Assembly: GCA_951406725.2 (NCBI GenBank)
Contig: OX597841.1
Span: 17,918,001-17,982,000, forward strand
From: Octopus vulgaris
Taxonomy: Eukaryota
Reading direction: 5' to 3'
Length of the DNA: 64,000 nucleotides
Shown here: one piece after another, positions 1-13,250 of the stretch
How the letters are laid out: the number at the start of each line of letters is the position of its first letter
Position numbering within the stretch: the first letter of the stretch is position 1
The notes under the pieces: model-generated
Seen by the model: the letters and a program-made list of their open reading frames with translations, nothing else
Database searches by the model: none
Told to the model about the DNA's origin: nothing
Translations under genes and position numbers: made by a program

Positions 1-402
1 TTAAAACTTTCAACAGCCCTTTATGCTAAAACATCCTCGTTAAAGGCCTTATTTGGCTTCCTTTATTATTTCCAGTGGATTAAATGTAAATGAAATGAAA
101 ATTGAGTTATCAGCTGTTACAGTGTGTATATATTTTCTGAACACCCTGTATATATACATACATATGCATATACAATCATACATACATACATATATATATA
201 TATTGATATTGATACTTAATGTATCATTGACTCAAATGCTTTTAACAATTCAATATCAACAGATGATTGGCATTACAGGTGTTTGTGTCAGTGTGTGAGC
301 ATATATATATGAATATATGTGTGTACATATATATGCATGTATATACACATGTATACATAAATACACATTACACATCTACATATATGCATAATATACATCT
401 AC

Positions 403-443
<41 letters not shown>

Positions 444-779
444 AAACTTACTTGGAAAAGGATGTGTGGCATTTGATCATATAATAATATAAATAATATA
501 TATATATATGTGCATATATACATACATATATGTACATACCTACATATATATGTATATATACATGCATATATGGGTACGGGACATCAAAAAGACGTGGAAC
601 ACAATGAGAAACGACAACATGCTTTTATGTTTTCATATATGCATGTATATATACATATATATGTAGGTATGTACATATATGTATGTATATATGCACATAT
701 ATATATATTTATATATATATACACATATTTCTGTCTATCTATGTATCTATCTACAGACATATTAAATACACCTGTATAC

Positions 780-810
<31 letters not shown>

Positions 811-1299
811 TGTATGTATGTGTGTGTGTGTGTGAGTGAGTGAGTATGTATGGATCTATGTACGTATGTATGTTTGTATAAACACTCCTCCTCCACATAC
901 ACTTATATGAAATCGAGCGACCTATTGTTCCCCCCCCCACTGCAAAGCAAATTGTGACAGAGTCATGTTCCAATCGAGTGTTACTGGAAACAGATGCATT
1001 AAATATGTTTTTCCTCTTCTAAACTGAGTCTCAAACACAAAAGCCATTCTCTCAATGTCTTTATTAACTTGTTATTTTCTACAAGACAAAGAGACATTCT
1101 TTCATAATTTCACCAATATTCACAGCTGCTATGTCGCCAGTATTAAATACAAATAACAGCAAACATATACACACCAGGTTTCTACACAGTCAAACCTGAA
1201 CTGTAGGAAAGTTCCAATGGAACAGGCATCTTAGGGACTAAATGCTTTATTTAAAAACACAGTCTTATACTGTGAACTGTTGTGCTCTTTGCACATCTG

Positions 1300-1337
<38 letters not shown>

Positions 1338-1410
1338 TATACATACACGAATGAGTGGACATGCAAAAGAAAAGGGCACTCAACATATTTAGTAACAGTT
1401 GTATATATCA

Positions 1411-1786
1411 CTAGCAGTATCGCCCGGCGTTGCTCGGGTTTGTAAGGGAAATAACTATGTAAGCATTTTTAGAGAGTTATAGCCAAAAAATAGCAAAAAA
1501 ATTATGGTAAATTTTTTTTTAAATCGTTGACTCATCGTAGACATTTTTAGAGAGTTACTTCCCTTATATAATAGGGAAAAAATGCATTAAAATGGAAAAA
1601 AATGATGGTAAATTTTTTTTTAAATCGTAGATTCATCGTAGACGCGCACAAATACCCAGAAGGGCTCGATATGAATCACGACTATAAGATACCCGGTTTT
1701 GGTTAAACTGCACCGCAAAATGTGGGAGTAGTTAGGAATCTAAATCGTAGGAGACAGACACACAACCTCTCTTTTATATATAAAGA
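1411..1786 (-). mobile_element. Non-autonomous Helitron
   Basis: The minus strand starts A|TCTTTATATATAAAAG and ends with the hairpin CCCGAGCAACGCCGGG followed by CTAG|T. These are the canonical Helitron 5'-TC and 3'-CTAG ends in an A|T target, with no TSD. Confidence 0.8.
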
Positions 1787-1868
1787 TTTAAAGCAGTTAA
1801 ATTCAGTTCCATGTGACTTAAAGTTTCGCAGACCTCTGAGAGAGGCCCATGTCTTTCAGGCTTGTATA

Positions 1869-1899
<31 letters not shown>

Positions 1900-2258
1900 T
1901 GTAGGTAGCTTGCTCGCCAACTGCATGGTTCTGGGTTCAGTCTCACTGCGTGGCACCTTGGGCAAGTATCTTCTACTAAAGACTTGGGCTGACCAAAGCC
2001 TTGAGTGGATTTGGTAAATGGAAACTAAAAGAAGCCCATCATATATATATGTGTGTGTGTGTGAGACTGTGTTTGTTCCCCCACTATCGCTTGACAACCG
2101 ATGCTGGTGTGTTTACATCCCCATAACCCAACGGTTTGGCAAAAGAGAATGATAGAATTAAAACTCGGCTTACAAAGAATACGTCCTAGGGTTGATTTGT
2201 TCGACTAATGGCAGTGCTCCAGCATGACCACAGTGAAATGACTGAAATAAATAAAAGA
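1900..2258 (+). mobile_element. tRNA-derived SINE, family A. About 15 more full or partial copies, e.g. 3440-3595, 14482-14650, 16880-17215(-), 29850-30170(-), 31910-32325(-), 42660-42990(-), 43095-43480, 53385-53580(-)
   Basis: Copies share a tRNA-like head (GGCTGTGTGG...GGTTCAGTCCC), an ACCTTGGGCAAGT core, an internal microsatellite and the tail GCTCCAGCATGGCC..AAATGACTGAAA. Boundaries are approximate. Confidence 0.8.
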
Positions 2259-2320
<62 letters not shown>

Positions 2321-3015
2321 CACTAATGCACAGACAGTGGGAAACAAGAAGTTATAAACTGAATCATGTGTTCGTTCTCTACAAACATCTGACAGAAAAC
2401 ATTCAGAGCATTGATTGTTTGGACTTGTTCAGTCAACCGTGCCAGCCTTAACTTGTTCAGTCAACCGTGCCAGCCTTAACTTAGGACACTAAACATTGTC
2501 CAAAAATTTCTAAGACCAGTCATGTGACTATCCTCTACCAATGAAATCCCGTTCAAAACTTATACTAATTTGAGCCATGAACTCCCTATAAAAGCAGGGC
2601 AAGTTTCAAACATAAGTCAGAATCATGTCAGCTGCAACATAAACCATGTCTTTCTGTTTGAACCTTTTGAAAGTCAGTGGAAACTGTGAAACCGGTTAAA
2701 GCTTTAAATATAACAAAAAAAAAGGAATTTAAACAATTCTCAGTCCATTTTCAGCTTCTATTTTCCAATGTATATATAATAATAATAATAATATAAATAA
2801 TGTATAAATATATGTATATATACATACATATATGTACATACCTACATCTATATGTATATAGACATGCATATTTGGGTACAAGACATTAAAAAAAAGACAT
2901 GGAACACAATGAGAAATGAAAACATAAAAGCAAAAACATAGAAACAAACTTTTTTCAAACAACGGAAAAAACAGAGAACAAGATTTTGGTAAACCTGTGG
3001 CTATAGAAGACACTT

Positions 3016-3631
3016 AAAGATGTAAACTTAAAATGTCTGATAGTGAAATAAAAATTTAAGATCTTTATGATCATGGCAGCATTGGGAGAATTGTTAGGAC
3101 ATCTGAAAAATGCCTTGTGGTATTTCCTCTGACTCCTTACATTCTGAGTTCAAATCCTGCCAAGGTTAATTTTGCTCTTCATCTTTTCAAGTTTGATAAA
3201 GTAGCAGTGAAATGAAAAGAAATCCAAATAGTAAGGAAGATCGAAATAGGAATAGAAATTCCTCCTTTAATCTGCATAATCTACCAAGAATGGTAACAAT
3301 TACATTAAACGTGATAATAAGTCTAATAAAGGTAGCTTCTTATGGATTAATCTGGTGTTCGGATTACACGTAAGATCCATAAATACCAGAAAATCTTTCT
3401 TTGCATTGGATAAACATTTCCTTAAATCTGGTAAGTGCTGGTATGGTTGGGTGGTTATAAGTTTGCTTCCCAACCACATGGTTCTGGGTTCAGTCCCGTT
3501 GCATAGCACCTTGGGCAAGTATCTTCTATAGCCACGGGCTTACCAAAATCTTGTGAGTAGATAAGGTAGACAGAAACTGAAAGAAGCCTGTCATACATAC
3601 ATATGTACATTCATTCATACATGCAGGCATA
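3016..3631 (+). repeat. Copy 1 of a 616-bp near-identical direct duplication (copy 2 at 4945-5560)
   Basis: Constant offset of 1929 bp, with about 2 substitutions seen by eye. The two copies give identical 72-aa spurious ORFs in the track. Confidence 0.9.
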
Positions 3632-4289
3632 CATACATATTGTTGTATTTTAGGAGAGTCATGATGCCAGGTTTAACTCCATTTATTGTTAGTAAATTAG
3701 TTAAGTATCTAACCAACTAACGAATCGATTGTTTGTTTAATGGTGCTGGCTTAAAAAATCAATCAGTTGTTTGTTAGTCAAAGTTCTTTTGTTGCTGTTC
3801 GTGACCTTTTCAGTGACTCAGAGATTTTCTGCTTTGGCCTCTTCTACATCACGAACAATGACAGCTGAGTGACTGTTCAAACCAGGACATTAACCAAATA
3901 ATTGATTAGTTAGTTGGTTAGACACTTAACCAACTGGCTTACAATAAGGAAGCAGATTTGATCCCGTGTGTGTGTTGTAATTATTGGCATCACGATTCTT
4001 CCAAGACACAAAATTTGTTACAATACTTGAATTCACATCAAGAATCTTGCAAATAAAATACAAAAACATTGGGCATGGCTGTGTGGTTAGGGAGTTTGCT
4101 TCCTAGTTACATGGTTTTGGGTTCAGTCCCACTGCGTGGCTCTTTGGGTAGGTGTCTTCCACTATAGCCCCGAGCCAACCGAAGCTTTGCAATTGAATTC
4201 GGTAGGCGGAAGTTACTGCCGTGTGTGTATGTGTGTGTATAGCTGCTCAGTGCCTCCCCGAAAGAGAGAGAGAGAATATATATATACCT

Positions 4290-4590
4290 GTGCCAGTAAC
4301 ATGTAAAAAGCACCGTCCGAACGTAGCAGTTGCCAGCGCCGCCTGACTGGCATCCATGTCGATGACACGTAAAAGCACCAACCGATTGTGGCCGTTTGCC
4401 AGCCTCATCTGGCCCCTGTGCCAGTGGCACGTAAAAAACACCCACTACACTCTCGGAGTGGTTGGCGTTAGGAAGGGCATCCAGCTGTAGAAACACTGCC
4501 AGATCAGACTGGTGCCTGGTGCAGCCTCCATGACTTACCAGACCCTGGTCGAACCATCCAACCCATGCTAGCATGGAGAACGGACGTTAA

Positions 4591-4625
<35 letters not shown>
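4290..4625 (+). mobile_element. SINE family B with (GAT)n tail. Other copies at 5805-6035, 20910-21140(-), 27508-27745, 29060-29295, 39965-40275(-)
   Basis: Shared GGTTGGCGTTAGGAAGGGCATCCAGCTGTAGAAACACTGCCAGATCAGACTGG...CGGACGTTAAATGATGATG. Boundaries are approximate. Confidence 0.8.
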
Positions 4626-4944
4626 ATATATATATTCAAAAATCTAAGGTATGTGAATAAAAAATCCAATCACTTTGCATCCATTATTTAGAAGAATAAT
4701 AGAAAGCGTGTTGAATAGAATTTGCAAGTAGTCTGCAACTGAAGCAGTATCTAATTCCCCTCCTGGGTACTTCAATGCTTCATTGGCCAGTAGTGAATAC
4801 AATGAACGGAAAAGATATAAACTTAATGATAGTATAGCTAATCAAGGAAAAAATGAAAATAAAGAAAGAGCAAAAAGGTATTGAGTTAATTACGTTAGTG
4901 AACATAAAAAAGGTGAAAATCATTGGGAGAGCATTGGGGAAGGG

Positions 4945-5560
4945 AAAGATGTAAACTTAAAATGTCTGATAGTGAAATAAAAATTTAAGATCTTTATGAT
5001 CATGGCAGCATTGGAAGAATTGTTAGGACATCTGAAAAATGCCTTGTGGTATTTCCTCTGACTCCTTACATTCTGAGTTCAAATCCTGCCAAGGTTAATT
5101 TTGCTCTTCATCTTTTCAAGTTTGATAAAGTAGCAGTGAAATGAAAAGAAATCCAAATAGTAAGGAAGATCGAAATAGGAATAGAAATTCCTCCTTTAAT
5201 CTGCATAATCTACCAAGAATGGTAACAATTACATTAAACGTGATAATAAGTCTAATAAAGGTAGCTTCTTATGGATTAATCTGGTGTTCGGATTACACGT
5301 AAGATCCATAAATACCAGAAAATCTTTCTTTGCATTGGATAAACATTTCCTTAAATCTGGTAAGTGCTGGTATGGTTGGGTGGTAATAAGTTTGCTTCCC
5401 AACCACATGGTTCTGGGTTCAGTCCCGTTGCATAGCACCTTGGGCAAGTATCTTCTATAGCCACGGGCTTACCAAAATCTTGTGAGTAGATAAGGTAGAC
5501 AGAAACTGAAAGAAGCCTGTCATACATACATATGTACATTCATTCATACATGCAGGCATA
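4945..5560 (+). repeat. Copy 2 of the 616-bp duplication
   Basis: Matches 3016-3631. Confidence 0.9.
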
Positions 5561-5654
5561 TACCAATATTTAAATGGTATTCAACTGAAGTACCAGTGAA
5601 TTGGATGTTTAACACATCCCTTTCAAGGATCTCTTTTTCTCAGTTAGTTACTTT

Positions 5655-5788
<134 letters not shown>

Positions 5789-6059
5789 GTATACATATTC
5801 AAACGTGGCCAATGCCAGTACCCGTTAACTGGCTCCTGTGCTGGTGGCATGTAAAAAGCACCCACTACACTCTTGGAGTGGTTGGCGTTAGGAAGGCATC
5901 CAGCTGTAGAAACACTACCAGATCAGATTGGAGTCTGGGGCAACCACTGGCTCTCCAGATTTCAGTCAAACCATCCAACCCACGCCAGCATGGTAAATGG
6001 ATGTTAAACGATGATGATGATGATGATGATGATGATAATATCTCTGTATACATATATAT

Positions 6060-7320
6060 ATTTTGATAAAGTTGATCATGGTATGATATGCCCCAAACTG
6101 TGTGATCTTGGCATAGCTGGATAACTTGTAGAGTGGTTACATGACTTCCTGAAAGATAAAAATCAGGCAATGGTGACCAATGGTGCCACCTCAAAGGAAA
6201 CACAAATAATGAGTGGTGTTACACAGGGCACTGTCTTAGGACCACTGCTTTTCATAGTGACCCTCTCAGATATGCCCCCAGCTGCCCAGATAGCCACCCT
6301 TGCTAGATATGCAGACGAGACAAAAATCTTACACAAAATACTAAACTCTGGTGATGTTGCATGCCTGCAGAAGGAGTTGGATGCAATTTACAGATGGGCT
6401 GAGGACAATAAAATGCAGTTTAATGCTGGAAAATTCCAAGCCTTATGCTACCAGCCCCCAAAACTGAATGAAAACATACAGTGTACACTGGCCTAGCGGG
6501 GATTACAATCCCAAAACCTAAATCAGTGCGTGATTTGGGTATAGACATGAGTGATGATACCTCTTTCCAGGCTCACATTAACAAGATGGTGACAAAGTGC
6601 AGACAGCTGGCTGGCTGGCTGGATCCTGATAACCTTCAGAACCAGAGAGTGAAGGAAACCCTGATGGTCCTCTGGGGGACATCTGTCCTTCAGAGGAAAC
6701 CACTATAGTCTCCTGGAGGACATTTGTCCTCAGTCACCTAGACTACTGCTCCCGATTATGGCCACCCCACAGTGTAAAATTAACAGCAGACCTTGAAGCA
6801 ATCCAGTGAAGCTACACAAAGGAGATCATCTCACTGCAACTGCTCAGCTAGTGGGAAAGGCTGAAACAGCTGAGACTCTACTCACTGGAGTGAGGGCAGG
6901 AGAGGTATGCAATAAGATGCATCTGGAAGGTTCTGGAAGGGATTGGACTGAATTTTGGCATTAAAAGCTACACAAATGCCAAAACAGGTCACCACTGCAC
7001 CGTGCTAAAGATCCCAAAACTGGACTAGTTACTGCAATAACCTGTGTTTTAAGGGCCCACAGCTTTTTAATATTCTCCCAAAGAGCCTGAGAGACCTACA
7101 CAAAGTCGATGTAGGTGTTTTCAAAACAGAATTGGCTCTCTTCCTGTGAAGAGTCCCAGATGAAACTACCTCATAGCAGGAGGTGCAATTGAGGGCTGTG
7201 ACATCTAACTCCCTTATTCACCAAATGCCACATAGCAGAGGAGGGTCTCAATAATAACAGTGTAGCAGAATGGTGGTGCCCCCAAAAGGCCTTAGTTTTG
7301 AGTTGAAACCAATAAAAGAA
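6060..7320 (+). mobile_element. 5'-truncated, degenerate CR1/L2-group LINE (RT domain to 3' end)
   Basis: RT motifs FDKVDHG, SGVTQGTVLGPLLF, YADETK, LQKELDAIYRWAEDNKMQFNAGK and VRDLGI, with frameshifts and stops. Ends at AATAAAAGAAAAAAA. Confidence 0.85.
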
Positions 7321-7454
7321 AAAAATATATATATAAAAATAAATGCGCCCTTTCTTTAAAGCCTAGCCGGTTTCCCAGTTTCTATGGCGTATGTGTTCCC
7401 CAGCTGGACGGGTCACCAGTCCATCGCAGCATTACTCATTTTTGCCAGCTGAGT

Positions 7455-7990
7455 GGCAGAGGTTGTAGAGAGCCAATCCGACGATAAATCTGAGCTTGGA
7501 TCTTGAAAGTTTGCTTGAATCCTGGATCAGATAAATCTCTTGTGGTTCCAAATGATGTCATCTGTAGTGCAGCTTTGTATTGTCTAATTTTGTTTTGGAA
7601 TTGCTTGGAATCTTGGTCAGTTGATGACAACAGTTTCTTCATTGGCTCTGGAGGTTGGGGGATTGCAGGGAGTTTAACCTTTCCACCACTGCAGCACAGT
7701 GCAGGTGTCTCTCCAGGCTACTTCCTTGCTCTGCAGTGGATGCACTCAGTTGTCATTGCACCAATGCAAACTCTAGTGTCACCTGCACAATGAACTGCTG
7801 GATCATAATTGAAAGCTGCTTCATAGAAGTTGCTTCTCTGAGCTGTTGCAACTGCTCTTTCAGTGAGTCTTTCTGTCGTTCTGCAGTGGAGATCCTATTC
7901 CTTGTCAGCCATGCATGCCTCTGTTCATCACTTTGAGATGCTCTGGCTTTTGTAGTTTCTTACGGTATGTTCGTTTCTGAATTGTTATTA
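7455..7990 (-). mobile_element. Helitron Rep/Helicase N-terminal fragment (pseudogenised)
   Basis: Translates as CIGAMTTECIHCRARK*PGETPALCCSGGKVKLPAIPQPPEPMKKLL...FQNKIRQYKAALQMTSFG...TFKIQAQIYRRIGSLQP. This matches the Zn-finger and Helitron_like_N signature and has one in-frame stop. Confidence 0.85.
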
Positions 7991-8011
7991 GTGAACTTCC
8001 AGAAAAGCTTT

Positions 8012-9158
8012 CTGAGAAACAGAAAACTGTTGCAAAAGTAAATAAGAAATTTTTACAGAAAATAAAGAACTGTACGGGTGAAATGAAAACTAAAAAGAAA
8101 AAACTGAGTAACAAAGAACCATTAAAAATTTCTTAAAAACTGAGAAACAGAAAACTGTTGCAAAAGTAAATAAGAAATTTTTACAGAAAATAAAGAACTG
8201 TACGGGTTGAAATGAAATTTGTTACTTAGTGAACGAAAGAACCAGAAAAAGCCATTAAAAACTGAGAAACAGAAAACTGTTGCAAAAGTAAATAAGAAAT
8301 TTTTACAGAAAATAAAGAACTGTACGGGTTGAAATGAAATTTGTTACTTAGTGAACGAAAGAACCAGAAAAAGCCATTAAAAACTGAGAAACAGAAAACT
8401 GTTGCAAAAGTAAATAAGAAATTTTTACAGAAAATAAAGAACTGTACGGGCTGAAATGAAATTTGTTACTTAGTGAACGAAAGAACCAGAAAAAGCCATT
8501 AAAAACTGAGAAACAGAAAACTGTTGCAAAAGTAAATAAGAAATTTTTACAGAAAATAAAGAACTGTACGGGTTGAAATGAAATTTGTTACTTAGTGAAC
8601 GAAAGAACCAGAAAAAGCCATTAAAAACTGAGAAACAGAAAACTGTTGCAAAAGTAAATAAGAAATTTTTACAGAAAATAAAGAACTGTACGGGTTGAAA
8701 TGAAATTTGTTACTTAGTGAACGAAAGAACCAGAAAAAGCCATTAAAAACTGAGAAACAGAAAACTGTTGCAAAAGTAAATAAGAAATTTTTACAGAAAA
8801 TAAAGAACTGTACGGGTTGAAATGAAATTTGTTACTTAGTGAACGAAAGAACCAGAAAAAGCCATTAAAAACTGAGAAACAGAAAACTGTTGCAAAAGTA
8901 AATAAGAAATTTTTACAGAAAATAAAGAACTGTACGGGTTGAAATGAAATTTGTTACTTAGTGAACGAAAGAACCAGAAAAAGCCATTAAAAACTGAGAA
9001 ACAGAAAACTGTTGCAAAAGTAAATAAGAAATTTTTACAGAAAATAAAGAACTGTACGGGTTGAAATGAAATTTGTTACTTAGTGAACGAAAGAACCAGA
9101 AAAAGCCATTAAAAACTGAGAAACAGAAAACTGTTGCAAAAGTAAATAAGAAATTTTT
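8012..9158 (+). repeat. Tandem minisatellite, 122-bp unit, about 9 copies
   Basis: CTGAGAAACAGAAAACTGTTGC recurs at 8140, 8262, 8384, 8506, 8628, 8750, 8872, 8994 and 9116, with a variant unit at 8012. Units are almost identical. Confidence 0.95.
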
Positions 9159-10331
9159 AGGGAAATTAACTCAAGATTGAAGTGAAATGTTTGAAGTTAC
9201 TTCTGTCAGTAAATAATGAACTTACTTTTATCAATAATTCTGTCAACCCAGCCCATTCATATGGCAAAATGTGTAAACCCCATGATAGAATGGAGGTCCC
9301 ATGCTGGAGGGAATATATCATGTGACTGACCAGGCTATCACATGTTGTTACCACATCGCTGGTCACAATGCATTTTTGCAGTGTTTCAGCCTTCAAATGA
9401 TGCCACCCCACTGGCTAGGTAAGCAGGCCAACATTCCCCACCCCCCTGATCAAAAGGGGGGCTGGAGCAACATGAAATGAAGTGTTTTGCTCAAGAACAC
9501 AATGTGCGGCCCACTCAGGAAATCAATGCCAGGATGTGGCGATTGTGAGTGCAACAGTCTAAGCATTAGGGGTTACATACATCACAGAACTCTGCTGAGA
9601 CAGAGTTTCTATAGCCAGATGCCCCTCCTCTTGTTAATATGGTAATATTTCCTCATGGCAGAACATGTTTTTGTGGAAGATTGGAAATGAATGACACCGC
9701 TCCTCGCATGACCATGAGACTCATGTGAAAGCAAAAGAGAAGGGGGGGGGGTTACAGGTAAAGGAGTGGCATTTATCACTCCTTTACCTGTACCCCAGCT
9801 TCTCCATTCCTTCTATCTTTTTACACTCTAATACCTTTCTTCTCTTTCTTTCACCCTTCATCTCTCCACTCCTACTTTCTATATCTTCATGTTTCTTTTT
9901 TCTTTCTTTCCTTTATTCCTCTCTTCTGGTTTTTTATTCTTATTTTTTATTTAAAAAAATTACTTTATTATTCCATTACTTTCCTTCTTACTTTCTTCTC
10001 TCTCTTTTCCCTTTTTTTCTCTTTCTTTGTTCCTATCTTCCTCTTTTCGATTTGACCCTACCAATACATTCCCTACTTTTAGGTCACCTTAAATAAAAAC
10101 CTTTCACTCTACAACACTGTGTATAAACTCTATACTTGAAACAACCAATTTTAAATACTGTTGGATTTTTCTCATAAGGTATTGGAATCTTACATTTATA
10201 CCATTCTGCCTAAAAAATGCATCTACAAATGCAATATCCCTGCATATCTCACATCTATTTTCTTTCCTCCACCTCACTCTCTATTTTATATCCCATCTAA
10301 ATTAATTATTACTTAACCATCCTCTCACACC

Positions 10332-10383
10332 GTCTCCGATGAAGGGATATAATCAATAAATATCCTGGAAACAGCTGTAAGAC
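10332..10383 (+). ncRNA. Minimal type-I hammerhead ribozyme-like motif (core variant CCGAUGA)
   Basis: Stem I GTCT/AGAC; core CCGATGA; stem II GGGATAT/ATATCCT; GAAA; palindromic CAGCTG stem III; GUA cleavage triplet. Confidence 0.65.
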
Positions 10384-10600
10384 CTTCTATCTATAAATGT
10401 TCTCATATCTACACAGCCTTGGGTTTTTTTATCTCATTACACAAAAAATTCTTATGTACACACGCTGACATATGACAGGCATTGAACCCCTTTTTCTCAA
10501 AATCACCAAATCTGGAACTTAACTATGGTCTGTCTATAGCACTTATTCAGCATTACCTGACACCTTTGGGTCTCAATGACACCATTACCTCTTATAACCT

Positions 10601-10641
<41 letters not shown>

Positions 10642-10643
<2 letters not shown>

Positions 10644-11208
10644 GAGTAAAACAGCCAGATTTAAATCTCTGAATGAGATCTTAGTTCTAATTATTTCTTA
10701 GTAAAATCTATTTGCCAATGTAAGGTGGTAGTCCTGTGTAGGACCATGTTACTACCTTTTAACCCCAGGAAAACATCTTTTCCAGCTGGTTATTGGTACA
10801 CAATCTGTGTCTGAAATACAGTGTGAGCAAGGGAACGTACTACTCCCTCCCAGCCACTAGCAGTACCAACAGTATAGTTACTACTTAAATCTCATTCAGA
10901 GATTCAAAACTTGCTGTTTGACTCATTATGAGATCAGTGACTGTGTCACTACTGTGAGGAGGGTTGAGTAAGCTGCTGTCTCTAGCTGGCGGTTGTCCTG
11001 CACCAAGGACGGGTAATTACTCCGAAACCATTGGTCTGTTAGCGCTGCTAGTGGCTTGGAGGAAACAGTGTGCTCCATTGCTCACACTATATTTCAGACA
11101 CAGATGGTGTGTTGATAACTAGCTGGAAAAGATGCTTTTCTGGGGTTAAAAGGTAATAATGTGGTCCTATGCAGGACTGCAACCTTATGTTGGCAAATAG
11201 ATTTTACT
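10642..11208. repeat. Interleaved inverted-repeat element (A 10642-10685, B 10700-10872, A' 10880-10927, B' 11035-11208)
   Basis: A pairs with A' and B pairs with B' as reverse complements. A decayed hammerhead (CTG-TGA GGAG...CTCC GAAACCATTGGTC) lies between A' and B'. Confidence 0.7.
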
Positions 11209-11764
11209 GTGTGTGTGTGTGTCCTCCCATGGTCACTCGACAACTGGTGTTGATGTGTTTATGTCCCTGTAAAAGAAACGGATAGTATAAGTACTAAACT
11301 TCCCAAAAAAGTCCTGGGGTCGATTTGTTCAAGTAAAACTCTTCAAGGAGGTGCCCCAGCATGGCCACAGTCAAATGACTGAAATAAATAAAAGAATTAC
11401 TTTGGTTGGATATGGCTGGTTTAAATGTTAAAGGGTTAAAAACTTTTGGTAAAGCTAGGGGCTGAGAATATGTTGAGTGATAAAAAGGGAGTTTGTGCCA
11501 ATCAAAATAGTTTCTTAATAGAAACAGGGACCTCATGAAATGTTACATTGATACAGTCTGTCCGTAAAAACAGAGCAGAGATTTAAAGGGCCACGATGAG
11601 AGCATTGGATGAGTAAACAGGGGTCAAAGGGTCAAATTTGTTGAGTTTGCTAAGCAAATATGATGGAAAGAGAGCAGCCAAGGGATTTCCTTGACAATGC
11701 TACAAGTTTCAGCGGATCAGCATCATCATCATTACCACCAACATTATTGTCCTCCTCCTCCTCC

Positions 11765-12463
11765 TCACCACCACCACCACCACCACCGCAACCACCACCA
11801 CCACTGCAACCACCACCACCACCACCACCGCAACCACCACCGCAACCACCGCAACCACCACCGCAACCACCACCACCACCACCACCACCACCACCACCAC
11901 CACCACCACCACCACCACCACCACTACAACCACCACCACCACCACCACCACCACAACCACCACCACCACCCACCACCACCACCACCACCACCACCACCAC
12001 CACCACCACCACCACCACCACCACCACCACCGCAACCACCACCGCCACCACCACCACAACCACCACCACAACCACCACCACCACCACCACCGCAACCACC
12101 ACCGCCACCACAACCACAACCACCACAACCACCACAACCACCACCACCACCACCACCACCACCACCACCACCACCACCACCACCACAACCACCACCACCA
12201 CCACCACCACCACCACAACCACCACCACCACCACCACCACCACCACCACAACCACCACCACCACCACCACCACCACCACCACCACCACCACCACCACCAC
12301 CACCACCACCACCACCACCACCACCACAACCACCACAACCACAACCACCACAACCACCACCACCACCACCACCACAACCACCACCACCACCACCACCACC
12401 ACCACCACCACCACCACCACCACCACCACCACCACCACCACCACCACCACCACCACCACCACC
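11765..12463 (+). repeat. (CCA)n trinucleotide microsatellite, about 700 bp, with CAA/CCG interruptions
   Basis: Directly visible. It is the source of the poly-P/T/H/V/W/G ORFs. Confidence 0.95.
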
Positions 12464-12699
12464 ATTCACAAGACTTTTATCAGCTCAGGGCTATAATAAA
12501 AGATTCTCCCCCCCAAAGTGCTACACAGTGGGACTCAGCTCAGAGCCATTGGGAAACAAATTTCTTCTTACGACGCAGCCATGCCTGCCCCTAATAAGCA
12601 TGAAAATTAAATCTTGCAGTAAAACGCTTAACAAAACAATCCCATACCATCTGCGTTAGTTTTTTGTATTTGACAAAAGGAGAAAGACAAATCCAGCCT

Positions 12700-13250
12700 T
12701 CAAAATTCATGTCTGTAATGCTTCGTAAAATCCCTGACACAATCACTGGAAGTCAGTTGTTGGATGAAAAATACATGAATGGTTCTTAGGGTTAAAATAC
12801 TGTCTTTACAAAAAGAACAGCTGAAGTGCTTTAGCCATTTGTCACAAATCGTACACAAACATATCAATGTGAAATTATACCAGTTACTCATATGTACGAT
12901 GGTGTTGTTGTTGTTATAGCAAGAGAATTGAATGAGTTAAATGACCTGCGTAAACAATGTAACAAGGAGGATTCAACTATTTTTCTCTTACACTGTTTTG
13001 CCCACAAACTAAATCTAGTTTTATCTCAAGCGATGATACACATAAGTCAATGCAAAGTATTTTTCTTGACTTTCAATGGATTAATCAGCCCTTTTGAAAC
13101 ATTCTACAATAAAAACACATGCTCCGAATCAAGAAATGACCATGAGAAAACTTGTGAAAGTATCAGCCACTTGGAATTATGCCTCAAGACTTGTTTGTAA
13201 AGAATAATATCTTATTACTATATTCGGAAAAATGAGAGATCCTCAACCTG
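12700..13250 (+). mobile_element. Degenerate hAT (ZMYM/TTF-type) transposase fragment
   Basis: YDG...ELN...LHCFAHKLNLVLSQA matches the hAT (Y)DG and HCxAHxLNL motifs. Confidence 0.7.

Noticed and set aside
895-990. Possible minus-strand exon after TTTCCAG
   Set aside because: The phase-1 frame compatible with the 17330 exon hits a stop, the donor is weak, and no protein is recognisable.
8012-9158. Regular repeats resembling a CRISPR array (also 25583-27505)
   Set aside because: Whole units repeat with no unique spacers, there are no cas genes, and the context is eukaryotic.
11650-12659. Long ORFs (181-322 aa) of poly-P/T/H/V/G/W
   Set aside because: They are translations of a stop-free (CCA)n repeat, with no splice or domain evidence.
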